NCBI GenBank assembly: GCA_015680685.1 | Contig: MNCI01000520.1 | Location: forward strand, 102,301-166,300 | Length of the DNA stretch: 64,000 nt | From: Gnetum montanum | Taxonomy: Eukaryota > Plantae > Gnetophyta | Direction: 5' to 3' | Shown here: positions 12,211 to 23,688 of the stretch, piece by piece | Position numbering within the stretch: the first letter of the stretch is position 1 | Layout: each line of letters opens with the position of its first letter | Program-made: the position numbers and the translations under genes | Notes under the pieces: model-generated | Seen by the model: only the letters and a program-made list of their open reading frames with translations | Database searches by the model: none | What the model was told of the DNA's origin: nothing

Positions 12211-15109
12211 ATTTCTTTTAAAATTAAATTTCCTTCCATATGATATTGAACCAACACTAGAAATAACACAATTTATTTAATTGAATCATTGAAGATACTC
12301 ATCAAATGTTGTTGATGACCCTTAATCTCAAAAGTTTAAACACTCACAACCACTAAAATTTAAACACTTATTATTCATTGTGTACAAAATATTTGAATGC
12401 ATAAAAAGTATAAATACTCATTTAGCTTTACTACTAGGCTACAAATTGTTGACAAAGATTGGAAATAACTATGGGTAGAAACAATAAAGCTAAGTCCACA
12501 AATTTATATAACCAAACTTTAGACTAATGGTAGGGGCATAGGTCATGTATCACTTGAAAAAATTCATGAATGAAATAAAAATTACATTATATTTGGGATA
12601 GTTTGAGGACTTTCCTACTTTCATAGATATCCTAAGATGACACCCACATGGACATCCCTCATAGGGATCTATTAAATGTACTTTTCCTATGGGAAAATGA
12701 ATGAGTGCCCTTGTCTAAAAAATTAATCATGAATTTGGATGTTTCACAATGTTGACTTGTTGATCTTGTCATTATAATGTAAGTGAAAAATTGATTCATT
12801 AATCTTACATGCTTTTTTATTTTAAAGTATATTAATGGATTTCTTGAAGAATTGGGTTTTTAATTGGAACAGACATGATTTAGATAACATCTTAAGAATT
12901 TGGAAAATGAGAATACATTATCTTTCATCCAAACATGTTATTACTTCAAATTTTGGTTTTTTAATTTCTTTTTTTCCTACTAATAAGAATTTCTTAATTA
13001 TAAATGGATTGAATTATTTACTTTTTGGAAATTTTCTATTTTAGTGAGGTTCTTTGTAACATTTGGTAACCTTGTCTAGAACTATGATTTTTTTATTCCT
13101 TATTTGCTACTAAAAAGAACTTCTCAATATAAATCTATTAGGTTATTTAATTTTTGGCGATTTTCTATTTCGGTGAATTTATTTGTATCATTTGATAATG
13201 TTGTTTCGCACTATGCTTGCCTTGTAGATGTTGAAGGTAATAGAACCATGCTACCATTCCCATCTAATGCAAGCAAGCTACAAGTACCCTTTCTTCCTTT
13301 TTATTTTCTAAATAAGAAAAATAAGTAGCAATTCATAAAAAAAAAGATAGAATTTATATATATAGCCTGTGATTATAAAGACATGTCTTTTTGTTATAAC
13401 TAAAGCATTTCAGGATAATGATTATCTTATCATTAAAACCATAACTATTCCCATATTTATGAACAATGACTTATTCTAAAAGGCTATAATTTCTATGCTT
13501 AACAATTTGTTTAAAGAATTGCTAGCCTAGAAAAAAAAGAAAGCCTATAAGTTTAAATGAATTTAGGTAGTTTTGAGGTTTTTCTTCTTTTATTTTTAAG
13601 TTTTTGATTAGATTATTCTTTGTACCTTTAGCATTACTAGTATTATAGCTTTACTCATTTAATTATGAGTTGTTATGCATAGGAAGTTCAAAATTTTAGA
13701 TTACAACTATTAGCTTTATTGAAATTTGGCTATATAGATTTCTATTTTGCAACTGAAGATAAAGCAAAAGAATTGATGAGATAATGGTATGTATTTTTCT
13801 TTATCGTTGGTTTCTCAAAGTCTTCTATAATTTTCAAAATAGTGCATTTTGGTTGATCTTAAATTGAAGAATTTTATAGTGCAATGTATTGAAGTAATTT
13901 TCATTGATAGTGAATTGTATGATTCTTGAGTTTATAATATGCTTGGATGATTTTAAAGATAATTCAAATGTAGAGGTAGAGTGTAGTGGAGTATTTGTCT
14001 AAGTATTGTAGTTGGACATTTATGATGCTTTGTCCAAAAGGTTGTATTTATAGGTATGGAAAAAAGGTTTGTTAAGAAGTTTATATTCCTTACCTTTCTG
14101 TTCAACTTTATCTTAATGTTATACCTCCTTTTTTAGTTTAGTTTATTTGTCCAATAGATCTTGTGGGTCTTCAAATATGATAAACCTTTAGTTCTATTTT
14201 CAATAATACTATTTTATTTTTAAAAATATATAGAATATGATATTCTTTTAAAAATTTAAACAGATTGTTTTAGTGCCAACTATTGAAGGAACAAAGGCTA
14301 TTGATACAATAGGAAATGTGGATTTTTTTTTTCAAGTGGTTTTCTTTATGGAATGTAAAGAATCTCTAATTAGTAGACTATTGTTGAGTTTGATGTTGTG
14401 CTAATGGTGCTATTATTTGTGATCTAGGTGGAAAGGTGAGATTTGAAAACTAGCATTGGATGTACAATCAATGCAAGCTCATGGAATTTCAACTCTAAAA
14501 TCTACATATAAATTCTAATGATAACAATTATTGCTATGCTTTTATAACAGTCAAAATTTTGCTTAGATATATTTATGCTGGTTATTTTTTTAAAAGAAAG
14601 TTTGCTCATTTATATATCAAGAGGGATGAACCTTGAAATTAACAATTACAATAGTAGCGTTATCATGGATGATCCTCTAGCAAAATAGATGAACACTTAG
14701 AGCAATCAAAAAATGCTAGGCATTCCTATAGGACATTGAAACCAAAAATAAATAATAGTCATGTGCAACATCATAAATTTAATTTAAACTAGATATTTTT
14801 ATGCTGGTTGTTCTTCTTTACCTAATTTTTAATATTTTTAAGGATAAGAGTATTTGGGAGAAATTTACATTACACTAGTGCATGTCCATTGTTTAATACA
14901 AAAATGTTTTATTTAATGAAATTGAAGTTTTTCCTTTGTTAGGAGAATAAATGTTTTGCAAAAATATATTACATCAACAAAACATTTTTAGTTTTGCTAA
15001 GCACACAAGGTTTTTTTTTTCATTTTTAATATATTGCATTAACAAATCCTAGTAAGCTTTTGGAATTAACATGGATACATAGACTATAAGAATAATGTGG
15101 AGCGGAAAA

Positions 15110-15847
15110 GGTTTTCTCAAGACATACAAGTTAATCATAGAGGTAGACATTTGTTGGACTGGGGTCAAGGTATAAATTTGGTAATTCTTAATGCATTACT
15201 TAATTTTTCCAATTTTGGTTACTACACTTTCATAGGACCATAAGGTTCCTTATGTATTGATTTTTTGATCACTAATATATACTTTGACATGTATTAAAAA
15301 TTTTGAAGTATGTGATGAGGTGATTGAGTCTAAACATCAATCATTGTATTTTAGCCTTTTGATAAAATTGTAGAAGGTTAGAGAATAGAGAAAGCCATTT
15401 TCTTACAGGATAACAAAAAAAGTCAAGTTATATTTTCAATAGGAAGTTTAAAAGCATTGGAATCCTAATGTAAAACTTGAAGAAATTTTAGTGACAATAG
15501 CTTAACATGTTTCTAGAAAAGCATCAACATAGTCCCCACCTTAGTTTAATTCTAAATGTGTGACATATAGATTTAAATTTAAAATACAGAAATATTCAAT
15601 AGCTATCAGGATTTATAAAAATTTGTTTTAGAATAAAAATAAATAGTCTATTAAAGAGAGAGAAATTAATCTTTTCTACATGACCAAGCAAGAACCAAGA
15701 AATTTTTGGAAGTTGCTTTATCAAAGGAAAATTTTGAAACCAAAGTTTCTCTTTTCTTATATTATGTAATTTTGGATTTCTCTAAAGCATATGATTCAAT
15801 TATTCATTTCAAGTTGTAAAGGTGATTACAAGACATAGGTACTCCTC
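15110..15847 (+). pseudogene. LINE ORF2 relic, part 1 (endonuclease C-terminus and start of RT)
   Basis: SQDIQVNHRGRHLLDW...LVILN...GYYTFIGP*GSLCIDFLI (APE C-terminus), EPRNFWKLL, then LDFSKAYDS at ~15772-15798; frame continues across the B TSD as LQDIGTP|PSLLITIQSLYQE. Confidence 0.85.
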
Positions 15848-16582
15848 TGATGAGACGCAGATTGCACAAGCCGCGATATCGCGTACGCGATATCGTGTCT
15901 TTCCCTGCGATATCGCGTACACGATATCGCGGTCTACTGCCATATCTATAAATAAGAGGTGGCACTCCCCTCATTTCCCATTATATAGGCTAAGTAGCAA
16001 AGCTCTGGCGGATTGATCACCCCAGAAATAGAACATTTTCCATGTGCCCGCAGTAGGAGTCCCCCAAGTGAACTGTTCTTTATTTGAGCAGCTTTGTACC
16101 TGAATGCAAGTTGTGTACGGTAATAAAGACGAGCTTTGCGGATAAACCTTGTAGTGCATGGATAGGTTTAATTAATGTTATTTACTGCTTTCCTNNNNNN
16201 NNNNNNNNNNNNNNNNNNNNNNNNNNNNNNNNNNNNNNNNNNNNNNNNNNNNNNNNNNNNNNNNNNNNNNNNNNNNNNNNNNNNNNNNNNNNNNNNNNNN
16301 NNNNNNNNNNNNNNNNNNNNNNNNNNNNNNNNNNNNNNNNNNNNNNNNNNNNNNNNNNNNNNNNNNNNNNNNNNNNNNNNNNNNNNNNNNNNNNNNNNNN
16401 NNNNNNNNNNNNNNNNNNNNNNNNNNNNNGTGACACATACAAGCAAGCCTGGGAAGACAACGAACGATTAACCCCAAGTGTTTCTTGTGGCGTTAAGGCA
16501 TTTAGTCTGTGGAGTTTGACTGGATCGCGCGTACACGCTTGTATTTGTATGGTTGAGTGTAGGGGTACCTCGCCACTCATCA
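15848..16582 (+). repeat. 5' LTR of element B (contains 235-N gap)
   Basis: Colinear with 22024-22934 (>90% by eye); CTATAAATAAGAGG at ~15946. Confidence 0.95.
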
Positions 16583-16583
16583 T

Positions 16584-16601
16584 TGGCGCCGTTGCTGGGG
16601 A
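16584..16601 (+). promoter_or_regulatory. tRNA-Asp primer-binding site (Athila type)
   Basis: TGGCGCCGTTGCTGGGGA, 17/18 match to the complement of the plant tRNA-Asp 3' end TGGCGCCGTTGCCGGGGA, 1 nt after the LTR. Confidence 0.92.
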
Positions 16602-16720
16602 CTAAGTGTTTTTTCGCCAATTGAACATAAGGGATATCACTCACATCATTGTGAGCCTCAACGAACCTTCGGGTTAATCAATAAAAATTAATTAACGGTA
16701 AAAAATAGCACACCATTAGG

Positions 16721-19700
16721 ATGGCTTCTTCTCATGAAATTAACTCACCTAAGCGCAATACAAAAGATAATCAGCATCACACGCATAACCGAGACCAGCC
16801 ATGTCCTAAACAGTATACGATAACTTATACTCATCCTGATGAGTATATTCCTGATTACACTTTTACCCTCCATCAGGATGAACAGTTGTGCTGGAGAGAT
16901 TTGTTTGGTAATATAGTTTTACCACCAGATCGATCTGTTCCGGACATGCTTTTTCGTGGATTGGCACAGATTGGCATGTAGGACTTATTCGTTGAATATG
17001 TTGCTGGAAGATATCATGACACAAAGGATTATCATCCCACAAATGCACAACGTATACGGGATCAAAGGCAGGAGAGCCAACATTCATTGTTGAAGGGCAA
17101 GGTCCCCCATGTCATTAGTGAAATAGGAGATGAGGAACACCTCACAATGGGTTTCTTAGAAAATGATGTTCCTCCTTCTCACTTTGGTGAAGAGGTAAGC
17201 CATCAGGGCCTTCGATCAATTGTACATGCTACAGGCTTTGATCCCCATGAGCACCAACTGTTCATGGTAGGAACAACCACTCACACTGAGGATGGACACT
17301 TTGATCGTTACAACGATCGGGGCCGAAGCAGCCGAAGAGAAGGTAAGAAACATCGCCATGGTGATGGATCCCCTTCCTCTTCTCCTTCATCTCACCATTC
17401 ACACTCTCCTTCCACATTTGGGCGCAACCATCGTGAGCATAACAGAGAGGGTAAAAGTAAAAAGGAAGATGAAATACCTCAATAGGAAGGTCAAGAGGAG
17501 TTAGGACAAGGGAAAGGACGTAGGGAGAGTAGGGAACCACCACGAAGACATCAAAAACTTCATGAAAGAGATGATCATGATGAACCCCTACTTGCAACCC
17601 GAAGCATGCTAGACATTAGAGAGGCAGTTAGGATCCCCACAAGGCACTTAAAAGACAGTAGGATCAAGCGGTTCGACATAAATAATATTCCACATTTTGA
17701 AGGGGGATACAACGCTGATCCTCAACATCATTTATAGGCATTCCATGATGCCTGTGCCTTGCAAAATATAGATAATGAGTGGCAGAAGCTTAAGTTGTTC
17801 CCAAGGACACTCACTAAAGAAGCAGAGAGCTGGTACTAGTCCTTAGAACCAAAAACCATCAGGAGCTGGAGTTTGATGCTTGAACTGTTCAACAACAAAT
17901 ATCAAACGTACTCCAGAGTGTCCAATTTGCGTAAGAAGATCCAAGGCTGGAAACAAGGAGCTTATGAACGCTTGGATGCTGCCATGGCCCACTACTATAC
18001 ACTGCTACATCGTTGCCCGGGCCATGGGTATGCTAAGCAGGATCAGCTTCACCACATCATGGATGGGCTAAGGAATGAAACGAGAAGAACTCTTGGGACT
18101 TACGCCCAAGGGAGACTTTCCCAACTAAGAGCCCATGAAGTTGAAAGCTTATTGGAATAAGTAGCGCAAGAAGAGGGTGAGCTACCGAAGAGAGAAAGTG
18201 TAGAAGAATACAACCGTGATCCCTCCCTTCGCAAGAAGGGAGTGAAATTCTGTGATGAGGAGGATGAGTCACCACTCGAAGAGTTGGTGAACCGGAAAAT
18301 CGTGCCAATCCAGAAGTTAACAACTGAGGTATCGGCTAAGGTAGAACAAATGTGGAATTCCTTAGACTCAAGAATAGAAATAGTCTTGAAAATTGTAGAA
18401 GAGTCTAAGGTAGAGCAAGGTAGTGACAAAGGCAAAACCAAGCGGAGAAACTTAAGCCCTGCACATAACAAGGGTAAGGGAAAAATTTCTATCTCCGATG
18501 AGGCTGTAAATTCTGATTCAAACAATGATAGTGGATGTGAGGTCTGCTACTATGACCATCCTAAGGGATGTTGCCCAATTATCTCACATCTGCAGGAGTC
18601 TGGGGTGTATACATTAAATCCAAGACTTAATCAACGGCAAACACCCCGAAGGTTACCTTATCCATAAGGTAACCCAAGGCAGTTCCACCAACCCTTGACA
18701 TACTATCCAAGTGGAACACCTCCACAGCCCATTGGACAACACCAGCAGTGGCAATACCCACTGTCATGGGGGATGCCACTGCCAACACATCAATACCCTT
18801 ATCGGCAGCCTGATCCTTACAGTTATTATGTGCAGCAGCCAGTTTCTCCAGGTGACTCTATGGGTCACACTACCCCCCAACATCACTACCAAGTGCGGGA
18901 GTACTTCAGAAGGACTCCTTCTCTCTAGGAGACATCTCACATACCATCCATCCTCTAACTCCACCTGCACCTCTTCCTCCGGTAGTTCCCATACAACCTA
19001 TTTCAACAATGCAAGGGGAATTTCCTACTCAACCGTAGCAACGTAACACCGCGAGAGCTATAAATATTTAGAGTGTAAATATCCAACTGGGTACTAGTTC
19101 TGGCGACAACTATACAAAGAAGAGACCCTTTTTCAGAGCTAGGAGCCCAGACAAACTCTCGCAACAACAAGCGGATGGGCACATGTGTAGGCCTCTAAGC
19201 ACTAATGCTTCAGAGAACCCTTCAGTCCAAAGGAGTGTAATGCATACAGTTATGTTAACACATACCGTAACTGACTGGATCAAGGTAGGCCACCTTCCCA
19301 GGAAACTAACTGACCCTGGGAGTCCCTTTATTTATTTGCAGATCACTAGAAATGCACCACATCGAGCTCTTCTTGACTTAGGTTTCAGAGTCAACTTAAT
19401 TTTGCAAAAGATGTATCATGCCTGGAACCTACCACAACTTAAGAAGAGCAACATCCAACTAGAGCTGGTAGACCAGTCCATCATCATTCAGTTGGGATTG
19501 GTGAAGGATGTTATTACCACTGTGTGTGGTTGGTCCTACCCAGCTGACTTTCTGGTGATCTAAGTGAACAACAACGAAGGGAACTTCCCAATTATAATGG
19601 GAAGGGCATGGCTAAGCACAGTAGATGCATGCCTTAGGATCCACGATCTTTCCTTGGAAATCTCTAAGATAAACATATGTGGAAAGATTGAGAAGAGGAT

Positions 19701-20070
19701 AGTTCCATGCATCACATATAGTGATTCATCGGGTGATGACATGGAGGAAATGTCTCCATGTAACAGGTGTGCCCAAGAAACTTTTCAACAAAGATGCCTG
19801 TATGTCGCAACCACACCAGAAGTAGTAGCCACCCCGTGGTTGACAACTCCTCATAGGAGTAGAAAAATATGCATGGAACGAACTGAGGAAACTCATGCCA
19901 ACAACCGTGGCATAGACTCATTGGAACATGAGTGTCGCCAACTTCCACCCCTTAACTTAAGATCATCAATTGGGAGAAGTTGGACACTTCTCAGAAATTC
20001 AAATAGGCGCTCACTATTTCGGATCTCTCCCTTACAACTCAGTCATGGGGGAGATGGCCACCTATGCTAA
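16721..20070 (+). pseudogene. gag: gag-protease polyprotein of B, about ten in-frame stops and one frameshift (~18940)
   Basis: ORF-track fragments at 16721, 17087, 17873, 18242 and 18695 share one frame; 19183 and 19564 share another. Athila-type capsid KLFPRTLTKEAESWY...KQGAYERL...RCPGHGY, QGEFPTQP, protease KLTDPGS...ALLDLG...PADFLV...PIIMGRAWL. Confidence 0.92.
20041..20053 (+). promoter_or_regulatory. Internal polypurine-tract-like motif (AGTCATGGGGGAG)
   Basis: Same core as the terminal PPT; also at the equivalent post-protease position in F (~46866) and G (~60730). Confidence 0.65.
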
Positions 20071-20207
20071 CCATATGGGGCCCTCAGTTTTTTTTTAGTT
20101 TTTGTTTTGCACATTTTTGTTTTACAACGTTTTTGTTTTCCACATTTTTTTTTTACAATTTCTTTAACTTTTCTTATTTTTGTTTTTCACCATCGTTATA
20201 TTTTTTT

Positions 20208-20211
<4 letters not shown>

Positions 20212-20238
<27 letters not shown>
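20212..20238 (+). repeat. (TG)13 microsatellite
   Basis: Read directly. Confidence 0.95.
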
Positions 20239-22010
20239 CATCTGCCATGTAAGTTCGTCTCCCAATAAGTGTTCGGGCCGATGGGATGAACTGTTTTCAT
20301 ATTGATTGCTAATGTTTGGTTTTTACCTTTAAGTTACAATGTTGATACTAAGGTATGTTTCTTTTGATATGGTAGGCAATGAGATCACTTCATCCATCCA
20401 TCCATCAAGTCTATGGTTTCCCTTAGCTTGGAAATGTACAGTTCTCTTTTAATAAGAACTTTAATGAACCGGTGATTGGGAATTTCTCAAACTAAGGAAG
20501 GACTCAAGGATTGCAAAGGGTGTGACTTCAAAGGAACTTGGTGCATTTGTGTTGGTCATTCACTTGGGTGCTTGGTTGTTTTCTTCTTGAGTTTTCTTAC
20601 TGTTCCGATGTTATCCAATAATCGGAAGCTGAGGCAATAAAAATAAAGAAGTCTTTGCATGGTGTGATCCCCACGCATAAAAACACAAAAAAGAAAAAAG
20701 AAAAAACAACAAAGTGAGGATTCAAAGCACACCCCTTAGGTGAAATAAAATTTGGGCTACAAGCACTGGTTATGGAACCAAAGTGTTCCCTCTAACTACG
20801 GCCCTTCTCGCTTCCCATTCTCTACTTTGTTTCATCGGAATGGTGGTGACTCTCGAAGATGCATCCTTGTCTTCCATGTGGATGGTTTACCCAAGTGCAT
20901 TGATGCGAAGTCACTGGAAGTGGTTGGTTTAAGCCCGGAGTTGGAATGAGATTCGCCAAGTCACATTAATCATAAAACACAAAAGGGGCTGTACACCACC
21001 TTGTCCTTGGGATTCCATTCCACTTCTCTTCTTTCCATCCTTCTCTCCATTTTTCACCTCATTGCCGGTTGTATCATTAGTGTATATGTTTTGGTTGATG
21101 CATTATTTTCTTTTTGGTAAATTCTTCCGGTTAAGACTTTAACTCTTGTTCCAAAGGACATTCCTAGAGCCTACAGACCCTTTGAATGTGGGATTGTCAG
21201 GGCATTAAGGGCATGAGCCTACTTTGTGGAGGACCCACTGACACTCCTATTTGGAACATTAGTTAACTTCTTTTCCTTAAACATTTTTGCAATTAAGTAA
21301 CATTTTTGTTCATTTCCATCTTGACATCCACTTCACTGATGCCATAGTTGTCCCTTTTTTACCTATCTTTCTTCCTCCTTTTCTTTCTCCATTCTAACGC
21401 TACCGGAGGTTCGAGATTAGTCATGGGGGTACGGGGCCTGATTTTTCAATTTTTCTCCTATGCCCCAGATTTTTTCATTTTTCTTCCTAACCCCTACACC
21501 TTAGGTACTCGTCAGTAACATCTTCCTAGATCTGTATCAGCCATACCACAACCTAGCCAATGGACTTACACCGAAGCAAGGTATTATTTACTTAATGATT
21601 CAATTACCCTTGCTAATATATGATTGTATTGTATGTGCAGATGGCAATCATACAACAAAGGAATGGATCTGGCGCAAACACTTGGAATGGAGCAGCGCTG
21701 AAGCAGCTGTGCAAGGAGCAGGATCGATAATGCGCTTACGGATGGACAACGGAAGGCGCAATCTAGGCGTTGGCAGCAGCAAGACTCTTCTCTCTTCTTC
21801 TCTTCTATTCTCTCTCCTCTTTTCTCTTAGCTGCCAAGTGTGGCCTGATGTCATTGTAATAAGGTGTTCACCTTTGTTGTCATGAACACCAGTTGTGTCA
21901 AGTCTTGTAATAATGAACCGTTCACATGTCATTCCATTAGTTTCATTTCCCTCAATAATCCCATACCTACCTGATATCATTGTAAGGAACTCGAGGACGA
22001 GTTTTCATTC

Positions 22011-22023
22011 AGTCATGGGGGTA
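22011..22023 (+). promoter_or_regulatory. Terminal polypurine tract of B (AGTCATGGGGGTA)
   Basis: Directly abuts the 3' LTR; preceded by the Athila-like CTCGAGGAC motif at ~21990. Confidence 0.8.
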
Positions 22024-22934
22024 TGATGAGACGTAGATTTCACAAGCCGCGATATTGCGTACGTGATATTGCGGTCTGCCGTCATATCTATAAATAAGAG
22101 GTGTCACTCCCCTCATTTCCCATCAGATAGGCTAAGTAGCGAAGCTCTGGCAAATTGATCACCCCAGAAATAGAACATTTTCCATTTGCCCACAGTAGGA
22201 GTCCCCCAAGTGAACGGTTCTTTATTCGAGCAACTTTATACCTGAACGCAAGTTGTGTACGGCAATTAAGATGACCTTTGCGGATAAACCTTGCAGTGCA
22301 TGGATAGGTTTAATTAATGTTATTTACTACTTTTCTAGTGATGCGACATGAGTACGACTTGGTTACGAGCGTTGAAGAATGTGTACGGCTAGCCAAGGAA
22401 TTGGCTACTCATCACGAATAGATTCTCTAAACCCTTTCCTCCTAGAGCATGGGACAAGTACGACTTGATTACGAGCATCCACGGATGTGTACGGCTAGTC
22501 AAGGAATCGGCTGCTTGTCACACATAGGTTAGTTAAGTGCCTCAGTATGACTGCTTCGAGCACGTGCGTTACGTGTGGTGATCCCAGTAACGATTAGCAT
22601 TTGGTAGCCATAGTTGCATAGTTCAGGGTGTGTACAGTAAGTGGGAACGGATGCTGACGCTAGGACTTAGTGCTGTAGTTAGAGTTAGCTTTAGTTTCTC
22701 TACCTGTTACCTCATAGCTTAGGAGATAAACCGAAAAATACCAAAAAAATCATATACCTCAGACTTGCTTAACCATACACCGTGACACATACAAGCAAGC
22801 CTGGGAAGACAACGAACGATTAACCCCAAGTGTTTCTTGTGGCGTTAAGGCATTTAGTCTGCGGAGTTCGACCGGGTCGCACGTACACGCTCGTATTTAT
22901 ATGGTTGAATGTAGGGGTACCTCGCCACTCATCA
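22024..22934 (+). repeat. 3' LTR of element B (911 bp)
   Basis: TGATGAG...CTCATCA followed by TSD TCCTC; internal repeats starting AGTACGACTT at 22351 and 22457. Confidence 0.95.
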
Positions 22935-22939
22935 TCCTC

Positions 22940-23688
22940 CATCTTTGCTAATTACTATTCAAAGTCTTTACCAAGAGGTATATATATAGATCATAGATCA
23001 CCACTTCCATAAACTTTTTTTTATTACATAGTGATATTTGGATGTAATAAGATTATTCTCATTTACCTAATCTTTTGGTATTTTTATTGATGAACTTGAT
23101 GAGTGGATGTATTAATTCTAGATAAATAATTTATTAAAATTAATGATCACATTATCAACCTTTTGATATATGCTGATGATGTAGCTTTCATCTCCAACTC
23201 TAAGAAAGACTTGTAACAGATGTTAATTATTTTGGAAGATTGTTGCTAGTGTTTAGAAATAAAATTTAATGTAAAAAAAACTAAAATTATAGTGTGTGGA
23301 ACTAGGAATAATGATTACTCTTTTGCTATTTAAAAGGACCTAGTAAATATGCCACCAATTTATAGATACCTTGGCCTAGATATTTCTCACAATTATAGTT
23401 CAGAGATGTGCATTAAACAAAGGATTGCAAGTGGATTGAGGGCCTTATTTAATTTAAAATTAAAATGTCAAAAGGAAACTATCTTAGCTTGGGAAATCAA
23501 AAAATAGTTAATTTGTTCTATTGTGCAACCAACTCTTTAGTATGGGTGTGTAGTGTAGGATCTTGGACTTGTTAGCAAATATTAAAGGGAATAGAAGAAG
23601 TGCAAAAGCATTTTTTGGTAGAAGAATTTTAGGCTAAAAGGTAGGTAGAATATAATATGCTACTTATTGAATTTTATATGATACCTTT
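22940..23688 (+). pseudogene. LINE ORF2 relic, part 2 (RT catalytic core)
   Basis: FGIFIDELDE, INLLIYADDVAFIS (YADD 23169-23180), FNVKKTKIIV, YRYLGL, PTL*YGC; continues across the C TSD as EFYMIP|LEIEALC. Confidence 0.9.

Larger units (their letters stand above)
15848..22934 (+). mobile_element. Element B: complete non-autonomous Athila-like LTR retrotransposon (gag-protease only)
   Basis: LTRs 15848-16582 and 22024-22934, termini TGATGAG...CTCATCA, perfect TSD TCCTC, Asp PBS, PPT AGTCATGGGGGTA; gap-free 5.4-kb interior without RT/RH/INT. Confidence 0.95.
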
